NCBI GenBank assembly: GCA_002269645.1
Contig: NIVC01000749.1
Coordinates: 62,001 to 126,000 of the forward strand
Reading direction: 5' to 3'
DNA length: 64,000 nucleotides
Source: Macrostomum lignano
Taxonomy: Eukaryota
Under the pieces are notes generated by a model. That model did no database searches and was not told where the DNA came from. It was given only the letters and a program-made list of their open reading frames with translations. Below, one piece after another: positions 1 through 12,890 of this stretch. The position numbers were made by a program, and so were the translations under genes. Positions within the stretch are counted from its first letter, which is position 1, and every line of letters starts with the position of its first letter.

Positions 1-983
1 CCTTCCGTCAACTTCAAAACGACGTGCTCACCAAGGCTTGCCTCACGCTCTTCCTCACGGCCAACATACATAAGGATATTCCAGCAGTACCCAGTAGCCG
101 CATCGTTTAGGCACCAGAACTTCAGCCCATACTTGGCAGGCTTCTTTGGCATGTACTGTATGTAGCTGCATCTTCCTCTATAGGGAAACAGCTGTTCGTG
201 TACAGTAACAGCTTCATTAGGAAAGTAACTCTTCTGTGAGTTCTGGACAAGTCCGTCAAGCAGCAACCTCACAGCGGCAAGCTTATCTCTTTGCAGTCGC
301 GCATTTCGAGTTTCGCGGTTGTCAAATCGCAGAAATCGGCGAATAGTCTTGAAGCGCGTCAAAGACATGGAGTTCTTGAAAACCTTTCTTCCGAATTCCT
401 CACTCCAGAGCTCATCGATGCTCTCCATGCTTCCTTTGAATACTCCGCGAAGAATGTTTAGGCCAATGAAGGCATCGATTTCCTCTCTAGTAGTTGGATT
501 CCAAGCATTTCCAAGAACTCTCCTAGCTTCGCGGTTGGTCTCTATCACAATTGTGTCAACCATGTCATTGTCAAAGATGACGTGGAAAGCCGACTCTTCA
601 TCGTGAATGCGTGCTGCAGCGTAAGCTGTGATTCCAGGTCTATTGCGCAAGATGTTACAGGCTGGCCTCTGTCCAGGACGTGGAGTTTCACGGTGCCATA
701 CTTGACCACAAGGACTGCGATAACCTCTTCCAAAATCAGCAGCAGCAGCTGCGGCAGCAATTGCAGCAACAGGCGATGCTGGCATTGATGAATCACTAGA
801 TGCGTCTTCAACATCGGGCAAATCAATATCTTGTTCGGCTTCAGCAATATCCGAAAGAGCCTCGTCTTCGTCCGATACTTCAGCGTCAATATGGGCTTCT
901 GGGTGAGCAACTGGTTGGTTCATAATCACTTCAAGAGCTCTAGACTTAGCAGCTCTTACGTCCATCGGTCTAGAAGAACCCAT
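1..983 (-). CDS. piggyBac (PGBD4-like) transposase, 5' part; ORF runs off the window start
   Basis: Manual translation from ATG at 983 is stop-free to base 1: MGSSRPMD...ETNREARR...TTREEIDAFIGLNILRG...MSLTRFKTIRRFLRFDN...DKLAAVR...VTVHEQLFPYRGRCSYIQYMPKKPAKYGLKFW...TGYCWNILMYVG. These are canonical piggyBac motifs. The ORF is absent from the supplied track, probably because it has no stop in the window. Confidence 0.93.
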   Translation of the reverse strand, partial: MGSSRPMDVRAAKSRALEVIMNQPVAHPEAHIDAEVSDEDEALSDIAEAEQDIDLPDVEDASSDSSMPASPVAAIAAAAAAADFGRGYRSPCGQVWHRETPRPGQRPACNILRNRPGITAYAAARIHDEESAFHVIFDNDMVDTIVIETNREARRVLGNAWNPTTREEIDAFIGLNILRGVFKGSMESIDELWSEEFGRKVFKNSMSLTRFKTIRRFLRFDNRETRNARLQRDKLAAVRLLLDGLVQNSQKSYFPNEAVTVHEQLFPYRGRCSYIQYMPKKPAKYGLKFWCLNDAATGYCWNILMYVGREEEREASLGEHVVLKLTE

Positions 984-1424
984 TTCGTAAATTTTCGCAA
1001 ACACTTGCTGAGTAAATGCTTGGTATAGTAGCTTTCTCTATGAATCAGCTGGAAATCTTTTGTTATAGAATAGCTATTTTCACAAGATTAGGGCAAGAGG
1101 GCGCTCCTTATATACCCAACAGCTATATATGGAATATTCTAGAAATAGAAAATATTAGAAAGTTTAGAAAATATTGCACAGCCCCAACCGACCTTATGTC
1201 TTTCAATTATATAAATATAGCTATACCCCAAGAACCCCCAATATAATAAGTTCACTTGGTGAACAGCGCTTAGATAAAACAAGAACAACGAGGTTTACAT
1301 GGTTGAATACCTTCAAAAATAATAACTCTCCTAAGATCTGGTTGTTTTAACATAATATTAAGTATGAATTTGTTCTAAGTAAAGACACCGTTGGGGACCA
1401 ATGGACCCCAATATCTTTCGAGGG
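1..1424 (-). mobile_element. piggyBac DNA transposon, 5' end
   Basis: Minus strand begins CCCTCGAAAGATATTGGGGTCCATTGGTCCCC at 1424, a piggyBac-type CCCT...GGGGTC terminus, flanked by TTAG (1425-1428), upstream of the transposase ORF. Confidence 0.75.
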
Positions 1425-4031
1425 TTAGAGTCCTGGCCCCCCACTCCTGTCAAGACGGTCAGCCCCCAAGGTAGCTTGATCTGTGGCGAGCAGTCTAGGT
1501 CCTATAGCTAAGAGAGGGACAGCGAGAGACAAACAGGGAGAATTTTGAAGGTAGAGGTCAGCTAATCCGCAGATTAACTAACTCGCTGCCACCAGCCCGT
1601 ACGTCCTGGCTCACCAAACCGGAACTTTCGAAACTGGGCTTCCGACTAAAAGGGGCTTTATACTTACCTGCCAACTAGTGCCCTTTTGCTGTCAATCTCA
1701 AAGTCATAGCCGATGATAAGGGACACTGCTGGGACTAGATCGCATTGGCCATGCAAGTACAGAGGGGACTTGTGCAGGGGATTCTTGCAGTGGCGAGCCT
1801 ATGGGGTAGTTACATGCACTATTACATTGCTAAATACGAGGGATTGTACTTTTGGCCTTCAACGCGCCAACCAGCCTCTCGTAGCGCTGATGATAGGCTA
1901 ACTCGAACTTTAGAGATCGCATGATTCAGTCCCGAGCCGCTTGGCGAATCTAGAGTGCATAGAGTACATCTCTAGCGCCGATTTTGCACTTTTGGCAATT
2001 TCGCTAACTGATTTGATAAATAGGTCGACCGAGAACTGCCTTGCCATTGGTCCACTGTGACCGGCGCCTACTAGCTTAGCTACTCATCTGAGCCATCGGC
2101 GAACAAAGAAATAAAACCGATAAAAATAACTGTCAGATTTAACCTCCTCACTAAATCACTTCACACTTCAGATTGAATTGGAGTACTCAGACTACTAACA
2201 GTATTATTGAATGATTTCTGCCTCAATAACAGCACTGCTGAACAAAATGAGCAAAAGTGCGCGCCTAATCCAGCTACTGAAATAGGGGACAGATAAGGAA
2301 TCACCCAATCAAGCAAGTCTAGGTAGCCTCTCACCCGAACCAATCAGAAACTCAACAGCCGGAGACCAGGTAATCCACAGTGACCGAATCAGCTTAGTGC
2401 TTCGCAGCTGTAGGCCCAGGATGATGCTGTCACAATCGCTGCAGATAGCTAGCAGGTGATGATCTTTAACCTCGATGTTTGATGCAGTCGACCGGGTGAG
2501 ACGTCCTTGATGATGAGGGGGGTTGTCGCAATCCGGGGATCAAGAGACGACGGTCGTGACTCCGGAATGGGAGCCGCCAACGTAAAGCGGGTCGAGTCCC
2601 GGGAGCCCGAAGGCGTAGAACAGTCGAGTCCGAGCGGGCCAAAAATATCGGTTTAAATAGCCGTTGACTGGACCGCAATTTGTTAAAATGGATCACTTCG
2701 ACGCTGATTGGCTGAGCCGATTTGTTATAACTGACGTGGAATTTTCTGATTGGCTGAGCTTGTTGCCACCCAAACTTACGTGACCAGAAGATCCTATCAG
2801 TTCCCTAGGGGCCATAAAAATACGCCAGGTGTTGTCATAAATGATTCAACATCGCTGCACAATGGTTTATGACCTTTCGCGTAGGAATTACAACAAATAA
2901 TGAAATATATGCATTAGAAAGATCTATTAAGTAGAAGATGGTGAAGAGAAATCGCTAATTACCAATCCCAAAGTACTTTTAGGGGTAAAAAGCATAGCTG
3001 TCAGAGCTGTCACACGCTTGAGTGAACACGAACAATAGGCCCTGACCTCATAAATCTGATGGCGTGTCGAAAATGATGAGAAAAAGCTACCGCCCGCATC
3101 CTCTCAGACCATGTGGTGCCAGCCTCAACACTGAGTGAGGCGCTGGTGGCTGTCAGACCAGCTCACAAGCAATGATTTATGATCCCAAAAGTAGCGAAAA
3201 CCGCGCCTATATTATAGTGACTACAGGTATGGCAAAATCATATAGCTACAGAAATTCTACTAGTATGAATTCTAGGAAAATTACATAAAAGGAAGAAAAA
3301 TGCCGATAGCCTGCTCTCAGTGATCAGTAGCCTGATCAAGATTTACGATGATTGTCAGCCCATTTACCAGCGGTGTGTATATTTTACAATAAACTGCCAT
3401 TTGGTAGTTTAGAAATTATAAACAGAGTATATTAGCTTGAGTAACATGCAGTGCGCCTTCAAGTTCAGTAAGGGATCGAAGAATTCGGTCCAAACGGAAC
3501 ATGAGAAGGTCGCGGAACGCATGTACATGCACACGAGTAGACGAAATAACGCATGTAGAAAATTGTTCAAAAAATAATAAGCAGTGCTTATATTTGAGAT
3601 TCTCAGTTCACAGCCAGTGGAATTTCATTGTAATAATTATTCCATTACCATAAATGAATGCAAAACACTAAACCCATCGAGTTTATCTGATAGAGATACG
3701 AGCTAAACTATAATGCACTTTTAGAACGCAGAAATTTAAAACGCAATATGCCTATACGATGGTATTTAATGTTTTCCCACGTACAATTGTAGGTTATTTC
3801 TTTCCATGAACTGTGAGCAATATATTGTAAAGGGTCTGTCGACTTAAGCTCATAAGTTGGAGTCCCTAATTGTCCCCTTGCTAGTTCTGTTCTATCCCAG
3901 GCCCAGGTTTTTGTCACTTTTTGCCAAACCCAGCTTTCTGGTGTCACTGTGAGTATAATGACCTATCATTTGTGTACATAGGCCCCACTCTATGAGCTTT
4001 AGTTGACAGGTCCTTCAACAGCAATAACAAG

Positions 4032-4796
4032 CTAAACATCTGAAATGAGAGGTGCCCTACTGGAGGCCGAGTAGTTTCTTTGCCGTCGCAGTCTCCATCG
4101 GCCAGCTGCACCGTCGAGTCCCGTCGAATTGCATCCAAACGGCTCCGATTGATCGTCGTCAAGCGAGTGAATCGGTGGCATCTCGATGACCACTTCGCCA
4201 GGCGATCGAATGGACATCTGATCGGATTGATAGCCGCCGTTGCCACCTCCGCGACCACCAACGATTCGAACTGCCGTCGTGTCGAATTCGATCATCGACT
4301 GGCGACGCGCATAGTCCGACACCTCCAACTTGATCACGTTCTGCCTGCCAGTGAACTCGCTGGCGTTGAATTCGCGCGCAATGTCGATGCCTTTTCGAAC
4401 GATGTCTTCCAGTTTGACGCTTTCGCTGCTGCCAGTCGAGGCTGCCGATAAATTTTTGCTTCCGCGGGATGCGGCAAGACTCAGCAGTGTCGCCTTCTTT
4501 GGCTGAGGCCGAGTCTGGGGCTTTGTTGGCATCGGTGCCGGCTGTGCCTGCTCAGCTGGCCTCTCCAACGGAGCCGGAACAATTCCATCTTCGTCGCTGA
4601 TTGTGCGATCCATCTTCAGAGCGGCTACTAATTCGGAGTCTGTAATAATAGAATTGGCGGCAGAAACGCCCTGACAACTGCCGTAGTATCTGTGTCTATT
4701 TTGCGTTCGCAGCAGAGCTGTGCGGTCTGATGTGCTTAGAGGCGTGCTCTGGTCGACTGCACCGCGGCTCGGGCTAACCAACTCGGCCGAGAACAT
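4032..4796 (-). CDS. putative coding exon/ORF, 254 aa, low-complexity, unknown function
   Basis: Long GC-rich ATG-started ORF within AT-rich flanks, with protein-like composition (S/P/A-rich). No recognisable domain. Confidence 0.45.
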   Translation of the reverse strand: MFSAELVSPSRGAVDQSTPLSTSDRTALLRTQNRHRYYGSCQGVSAANSIITDSELVAALKMDRTISDEDGIVPAPLERPAEQAQPAPMPTKPQTRPQPKKATLLSLAASRGSKNLSAASTGSSESVKLEDIVRKGIDIAREFNASEFTGRQNVIKLEVSDYARRQSMIEFDTTAVRIVGGRGGGNGGYQSDQMSIRSPGEVVIEMPPIHSLDDDQSEPFGCNSTGLDGAAGRWRLRRQRNYSASSRAPLISDV

Positions 4797-5164
4797 AACA
4801 ACTTTTGTAGCTAGCCAAGTTATATAGGACTGAGAAGTGCAGTGCAGTGCCGTGCCGTGCAGTCCCCGAAAACGCGTTTGTACGCCAGTTATTCTAGGAA
4901 AGGCAAAAATTTAGATTTGCAACTTGGCCTGCGAGCAGTTCAGAGGAGAGAAGGGTTGCGACGGATCGAACGAGAGCAGCGCTCTAGGGGTGGAGGGAAG
5001 GGGGGCTGTCGTGCAGTCCGGTGCACGTGGAATCGAAAAAAGCTGCTATAGCCTATTTTGAAGTTACAGGGCAAGGCACAATGTGCGCATATAATTTAAT
5101 CTATACTATTTGGTGCGTAATTCAACTCGTGTATGTACGTGCTTGCAATAACTGCTTGAATCCG

Positions 5165-5277
5165 GTTCACGTTACCGCCAGTAGCTCCGCAATCAATGTG
5201 AAGTCAGTTCAGGTCCGTTTTTTTAAACTTGATCTGAGCAATCTTTGACCCACGGAGCTACTGGCGGTAACGTGAAC
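5165..5277. repeat. perfect 25-bp inverted repeat pair (mini-MITE/hairpin)
   Basis: GTTCACGTTACCGCCAGTAGCTCCG (5165-5189) and its exact reverse complement (5253-5277). Confidence 0.85.
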
Positions 5278-5458
5278 AAAGCAATATACTCGTACTACCA
5301 GGTAGTTAATGCAGCTAGCAGTGAGCACAATAGTTTTCATATTGTAGTACCAGTACGAGCTAATAATAATCGTATTAAAGATTTTCTATTGAATATCGTC
5401 GGCTGCTCGTTAGATTTTATGGGCATGGTAGTTGTCAGACGCATTCAAAACTTATTTT

Positions 5459-5572
<114 letters not shown>

Positions 5573-6600
5573 CTCTTACGACTGTCTGTGTGTTTAGCGG
5601 GACCTGAGTTATGTTAATGCGTTACGTGGACCACGCAATTCCGGTTAAAAAATAGAGTCTGTTTTGACAACGCGAAAGGCTAGCTAGGGTTATCTTTTTG
5701 TTAACTTGACGGAATAGCCAGTTCGGGGAAACTGTGGTGGTTCACTAACTACGTTTTGGGGACCGGGTTAGGTGGACCGCAAAAAAACAGTTGGTTTAGT
5801 TAGACCTCTTTCGTTGTAGAAAATTTATTGCTTTAAACTGTTCTTTTGAACTAATTAAAACAGAAATTCTCAAAAAGAACAGATAAAAGGGTTACGACGT
5901 CATTTAATGAAAATATCCCAAGTTCAAGCCAATTTATTTAGCATTACTAATCGGGTTAATCGGGTTAAACAAATGTACGATCGCATTAGTTAGTTGCGTC
6001 GCGTGAATACAAGAAGGTAAATGAAAATAAAGCATTTTGAAAATAAATACAGAATCATATCAAATACTAACTGTAAACTCATTAAAACTAATTTAGGTCA
6101 AAATGTATGCTTCAAATACATGTTAACAAACGTAAGATTCCATTAGTTAAAAAGGTCATCCGAGTACGAGCCTACAAGAAGTTGAAGGGCATTTTTAATA
6201 ACGACAAAAGTTACTAAAACTGAAATTAAATTGATTTGACTACATCAGTCCTATTATACTGAATGAGTTGGTGAGCAATCATATGATAAGCCAATCATTT
6301 TACCGACTTTCATCTTTTCGTTCACGCAGATGATGGCTTAATCTTCTTATTTTTTCTACGAAATATTCTCCTGGACCTTCCCTGCCTCCGTGGTCCGGGA
6401 CCGCTTCTGTTATTGATCTGTCATTGCCTCTCTCACGAATTTCAGCTTACTCAGCCATCGAATCCACTTTCGTCAGCTCAGCTTCTTTTACAGTTCGTTT
6501 TAACCTTCATCTCGGTGAAACGCAGTCAGTCTCGTCGAGCTCAGGCGAACAAAATCAACCACAGGCTCCTACAAAGGTAGAAAATAAAATTAACTGACAA

Positions 6601-9600
6601 TCAAACAGACACAGAAATCTGTTCCAGTTGTGTCTGTAGGTTATGTGGACCACCTCAGATCCAGAGCCTCAAACAGACAGAGAAATCTGTTCGAGTTGTG
6701 TCTGTAGGTGAGGTGAACCACCTTCTGAGAGCCTAAGCCTCAAACAGACTTAGAGAGCTGCTTCAGTTGTGTCTATAGGTTATGTGGACCACCTAAGAGC
6801 CAGAGCCTCAAACAGACAGAGAAATCTGTTCGAGTTGTGTCTGTAGGTTAGGTGGACCAGCTACTGAGAGCCAAAGCCTCAAACAGACTGAGAGAGCTGC
6901 TTCAGTTGTGTCTGTAGGTTATGTGGACCACCTAAGAGCCAGAGCCTCAAACAGACAGAGAAATCTGTTCGAGTTGTGTCTGTAGGTTAGGTGGACCAGC
7001 TACTCCAAAGCACTTCTAGGCGATAGTCTGAGCCAGGAATCTCCGAGAGCCTCTCGTTACACATCCAGATGTTCTACCTTGATGCTGGATTAGCTCACTT
7101 TCTAGGAATCTGTTCTGATTGCATTCTAACAAACTGAAGCATTCTCGGCACTAAACTTTCTCGGCGGCTCTGAGAGCCAGAGCCTCAAACAGACAGAGAA
7201 ATCTGTTCGAGTTGTGTCTGTAGGTTAGGTGGACCAGCTACTCCACAGCACTTCTAGGCGATAATCTGAGCCAGGAATCTCCGAGAGCCTCTCGTTACAC
7301 ATCCAGATGTTCTGCCTTGATGCTGGACTAGCTCACTTTCTAGCAATATGTTCTGATTGCATTCTAACAAACTGAAGCATTCTCGCACTAAACTTTCTCG
7401 GCGGCTCTGAGATCCAGAGCCTCAAACAGACAGAGAAATCTGTTCGAGTTGTGTCTGTAGGTTAGGTGGACCAGCTACTCCACAGCACTTCTAGGCGATA
7501 ATCTGAGCCAGGAGTCTCCGAGAGACTTTCGTTACACATCCAGATGTTCTGCCTTGATGCTGGACTAGCTCACTTTCTAGGAATCTGTTCTGATTGCATT
7601 CTAACAAACTGAAGCATTTTCTGCACTAAACTTTCTCGGCGGCTCTGAGAGCCAGAGCCTAAACAGACAGAGAAATCTGTTCGAGTTGTGTCTGTAGGTT
7701 AGGTGGACCACCTTCTGAGAGCCAAAGCCTCAAACAGACTGAGAGAGCTGCTTCAGTTCTGTCTGTAGGTTATGAGGACCACCTAAGAGCCAGAGCCTCA
7801 AACAGACAGAGAAATCTGTTCGAGTTGTGTCTGTAGGTTAGGTGGACCAGCTACTCCACAGCACTTCTAGGCGATAATCTGAGCCAGGAGTCTCCGAGAG
7901 ACTTTCGTTACACATCCAGATGTTCTGCCTTGATGCTGGACTAGCTCACTTTCTAGGAATCTGTTCTGATTGCATTCTAACAAACTGAAGCATTCTCGGC
8001 ACTAAACTTTCTCGGCGGCTCTGAGAGCCAGAGCCTCAAACAGACAGAGAAATCTGTTCGAGTTGTGTCTGTAGGTTAGGTGGACCAGCTATTCTACAGC
8101 ACTTCTAGGCGATATTCTGAGCCAGGAATCTCCGAGAGCCTCTCGTTACAAATCCAGATGTTCTGCCTTGATGCTGGACTAGCTCACTTTCTAGGAATCT
8201 GTTCTGATTGCATTCTAACAAACTGAAGCATTCTCGGCACTAAACTTTCTCGGCGGCTCTGAGAGCCAGAGCCTCAAACAGACAGAGAAATCTGTTCGAG
8301 TTGTGTCTGTAGGTTAGGTGGACCAGCTACTCCACAGCACTTCTAGGCGATAATCTGAGCCAGGAGTCTCCGAGAGACTTTCGTTACACATCCAGATGTT
8401 CTGCCTTGATGCTGGACTAGCTCACTTTCTAGGAATCTGTTCTGATTGCATTCTAACAAACTGAAGCATTCTCGGCACTAAACTTTCTCGGCGGCTCTGA
8501 GATCCAGAGCCTCAAACAGACAGAAATCTGTTCGAGTTGTGTCTGTAGGTTAGGTGGACCAGATACTCCACAGCACTTCTAGTGATAATCTGAGCCAGGA
8601 GTCTCCGAGAGACTTTCGTTACACATCCAGATGTTCTGCCTTGATGCTGGACTAGCTCACTTTCTAGGAATCTGTTCTGATTGCATTCTAACAAACTGAA
8701 GCATTCTCGGCACTAAACTTTCTCGGCGGCTCTGAGAGCCAGAGCCTCAAACAGACAGAGAAATCTGTTCGAGTTGTGTCTGTAGGTTAGGTGGACCACC
8801 TTCTGAGAGCCAAAGCCTCAAACAGACTGAGAGAGCTGCTTCAGTTGTGTCTGTAGGTTATGAGGACCACCTAAGAGCCAGAGCCTCAAACAGACAGAGA
8901 AATCTGTTCGAGTTGTGTCTGTAGGTTAGGTGGACCAGCTACTCCACAGCACTTCTAGGCGATAATCTGAGCCAGGAATCTCCGAGAGCCTCTCGTTACA
9001 CATCCAGATGTTCTGCCTTGATGCTGGACTAGCTCACTTTCTAGGAATCTGTTCTGATTGCATTCTAACAAACTGAAGCATTCTCGGCACTAAACTTTCT
9101 CGGCGGCTCTGAGAGCCAGAGCCTCAAACAGACAGAGAAATCTGTTCGAGTTGTGTCTGTAGGTTAGGTGGACCAGCTACTCCACAGCACTTCTAGGCGA
9201 TAATCTGAGCAAGGAATCTCCGAGAGCCTCTCGTTACACATCCAGATGTTCTGCCTTGATGCTGGACTAGCTCACTTTCTAGGAATCTGTTCTGATTGCA
9301 TTCTAACAAACTGAAGCATTCTCGGCACTAAACTTTCTCGGCGGCTCTGAGAGCCAGAGCCTCAAACAGACAGAGAAATCTGTTCGAGTTGTGTCTGTAG
9401 GTTAGGTGGACCAGCTATTCTACAGCACTTCTAGGCGATATTCTGAGCCAGGAATCTCCGAGAGCCTCTCGTTACAAATCCAGATGTTCTGCCTTGATGC
9501 TGGACTAGCTCACTTTCTAGGAATCTGTTCTGATTGCATTCTAACAAACTGAAGCATTCTCGGCACTAAACTTTCTCGGCGGCTCTGAGAGCCAGAGCCT

Positions 9601-12600
9601 CAAACAGACAGAGAAATCTGTTCGAGTTGTGTCTGTAGGTTAGGTGGACCACCTTCTGAGAGCCAAAGCCTCAAACAGACTGAGAGAGCTGCTTCAGTTG
9701 TGTCTGTAGGTTATGAGGACCACCTAAGAGCCAGAGCCTCAAACAGACAGAGAAATCTGTTCGAGTTGTGTCTGTAGGTTAGGTGGACCAGCTACTCCAC
9801 AGCACTTCTAGGCGATAATCTGAGCCAGGAGTCTCCGAGAGACTTTCGTTACACATCCAGATGTTCTGCCTTGATGCTGGACTAGCTCACTTTCTAGGAA
9901 TCTGTTCTGATTGCATTCTAACAAACTGAAGCATTCTCGGCACTAAACTTTCTCGGCGGCTCTGAGAGCCAGAGCCTCAAACAGACAGAGAAATCTGTTC
10001 GAGTTGTGTCTGTAGGTTAGGTGGACCAGCTATTCTACAGCACTTCTAGGCGATAATCTGAGCCAGGAGTCTCCGAGAGACTTTCGTTACACATCCAGAT
10101 GTTCTGCCTTGATGCTGGACTAGCTCACTTTCTAGGAATCTGTTCTGATTGCATTCTAACAAACTGAAGCATTTTCTGCACTAAACTTTCTCGGCGGCTC
10201 TGAGAGCCAGAGCCTAAACAGACAGAGAAATCTGTTCGAGTTGTGTCTGTAGGTTAGGTGGACCAGCTACTCCACAGCACTTCTAGGCGATAATCTGAGC
10301 CAGGAATCTCCGAGAGCCTCTCGTTACACATCCAGATGTTCTGCCTTGATGCTGGACTAGCTCACTTTCTAGGAATCTGTTCTGATTGCATTCTAACAAA
10401 CTGAAGCATTCTCGGCACTAAACTTTCTCGGCGGCTCTGAGAGCCAGAGCCTCAAACAGACAGAAATCTGTTCGAGTTGTGTCTGTAGGTTAGGTGGACC
10501 AGCTACTCCACAGCACTTCTAGGCGATAATCTGAGCCAGGAGTCTCCGAGAGACTTTCGTTACACATCCAGATGTTCTGCCTTGATGCTGGACTAGCTCA
10601 CTTTCTAGGAATCTGTTCTGATTGCATTCTAACAAACTGAAGCATTTTCTGCACTAAACTTTCTCGGCGGCTCTGAGAGCCAGAGCCTAAACAGACAGAG
10701 AAATCTGTTCGAGTTGTGTCTGTAGGTTAGGTGGACCACCTTCTGAGAGCCAAAGCCTCAAACAGACTGAGAGAGCTGCTTCAGTTGTGTCTGTAGGTTA
10801 TGAGGACCACCTAAGAGCCAGAGCCTCAAACAGACAGAGAAATCTGTTCGAGTTGTGTCTGTAGGTTAGGTGGACCAGCTACTCCACAGAACTTCTAGGC
10901 GATAATCTGAGCCAGGAGTCTCCGAGAGACTTTCGTTACACATCCAGATGTTCTGCCTTGATGCTGGACTAGCTCACTTTCTAGGAATCTGTTCTGATTG
11001 CATTCTAACAAACTGAAGCATTCTCGGCACTAAACTTTCTCGGCGGCTCTGAGATCCAGAGCCTCAAACAGACAGAAATCTGTTCGGGTTGTGTCTGTAG
11101 GTTAGGTGGACCAGCTACTCCACAGCACTTCTAGGCGATAATCTGAGCCAGGAGTCTCCGAGAGACTTTCGTTACACATCCAGATGTTCTGCCTTGATGC
11201 TGGACTAGCTCACTTTCTAGGAATCTGTTCTGATTGCATTCTAACAAACTGAAGCATTCTCGGCACTAAACTTTCTCGGCGGCTCTGAGAGCCAGAGCCT
11301 CAAACAGACAGAGAAATCTGTTCGAGTTGTGTCTGTAGGTTAGGTGGACCAGCTACTGAGAGCCAAAGCCTCAAACAGACTGAGAGAGCTGCTTCAGTTG
11401 TGTCTGTAGGTTATGTGGACCACCTAAGAGCCAGAGCCCTAAACAGACAGAGAAATCTGTTCGAGTTGTGTCTGTAGGTTAGGTGGACCAGCTACTCCAC
11501 AGCACTTCTAGGCGATAATCTGAGCCAGGAATCTCCGAGAGCCTCTCGTTACACATCCAGATGTTCTACCTCGATGCTGGACTAGCTCACTTTCTAGGAA
11601 TCTGTTCTGATTGCATTCTAACAAACTGAAGCATTCTCGGCACTAAACATTCTCGGCGGCTCTGAGATCCAGAGCCTCAAACAGACAGAAATCTGTTCGA
11701 GTTGTGTCTGTAGGTTAGGTGGACCAGCTACTCCACAGCACTTCTAGGCGATAATCTGAGCCAGGAGTCTCAGAGAGACTTTCGTTACACATCCAGATGT
11801 TCTGCCTTGATGCTGGACTAGCTCACTTTCTAGGAATCTGTTCTGATTGCATTCTAACAAACTGAAGCATTCTCGGCACTAAACTTTCTCGGCGGCTCTG
11901 AGAGCCAGAGCCTCAAACAGACAGAGAAATCTGTTCGAGTTGTGTCTGTAGGTTAGGTGGACCAGCTACTGAGAGCCAAAGCCTCAAACAGACTGAGAGA
12001 GCTGCTTCAGTTGTGTCTGTAGGTTATGAGGACCACCTAAGAGCCAGAGCCCTAAACAGACAGAGAAATCTGTTCGAGTTGTGTCTGTAGGTTAGGTGGA
12101 CCAGCTACTCCACAGCACTTCTAGGCGATAATCTGAGCCAGGAATCTCCGAGAGCCTCTCGTTACACATCCAGATGTACTACCTCGATGCTGGACTAGCT
12201 CACTTTCTAGGAATATGTTCTGATTGCATTCTAACAAACTGAAGCATTCTCGGCACTAAACTTTCTCGGCGGCTCTGAGATCCAGAGCCTCAAACAGACA
12301 GAAATCTGTTCGAGTTGTGTCTGTAGGTTAGGTGGACCAGCTACTCCACAGCACTTCTAGGCGATAATCTGAGCCAGGAGTCTCCGAGAGACTTTCGTTA
12401 CACATCCAGATGTTCTGCCTTGATGCTGGACTAGCTCACTTTCTAGGAATCTGTTCTGATTGCATTCTAACAAACTGAAGCATTCTCGGCACTAAACTTT
12501 CTCGGCGGCTCTGAGATCCAGAGCCTCAAACAGACAGAAATCTGTTCGAGTTGTGTCTGTAGGTTAGGTGGACCAGCTACTCCACAGCACTTCTAGGCGA

Positions 12601-12890
12601 TAATCTGAGCCAGGAATCTCCGAGAGCCTCTCGTTACACATCCAGATGTTCTACCTCGATGCTGGACTAGCTCACTTTCTAGGAATCTGTTCTGATTGCA
12701 TTCTAACAAACTGAAGCATTCTCGGCACTAAACTTTCTCGGCGGCTCTGAGAGCCAGAGCCTCAAACAGACAGAGAAATCTGTTCGAGTTGTGTCTGTAG
12801 GTTAGGTGGACCACCTTCTGAGAGCCAAAGCCTCAAACAGACTGAGAGAGCTGATTCAGTTGTGTCTGTAGGTTAGGTGGACCAGCTTCT
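6601..12890 (+). repeat. complex satellite: 238-bp long units interspersed with 71+68-bp short pairs (higher-order repeat)
   Basis: About 21 long units (head plus body CACTTCTAGG...CGGCGGCTCTGA) and about 19 short head-only units. Each head contains TGTCTGTAGGTTAgGTGGACCA. No through reading frame. Confidence 0.97.

Noticed and set aside
2056-3014. Solo LTR (TGTGAC...GTCACA) with twin CCAAT boxes and gag-like decay at 1700-2050
   Set aside because: No TSD, no PBS or PPT and no recognisable retroviral motif.
6680-6800. Compensatory base change between hairpins of the short a and b satellite heads (ACAGA/TCTGT versus ACTGA/TCAGT)
   Set aside because: The paired strands are at non-homologous positions, so this is not true covariation.
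6601-12890. CRISPR-like repeat/spacer array or hammerhead-ribozyme satellite
   Set aside because: The intervening bodies are near-identical rather than unique spacers, there are no cas genes, the context is eukaryotic, and no CUGANGA plus GAAA core with stems was found.
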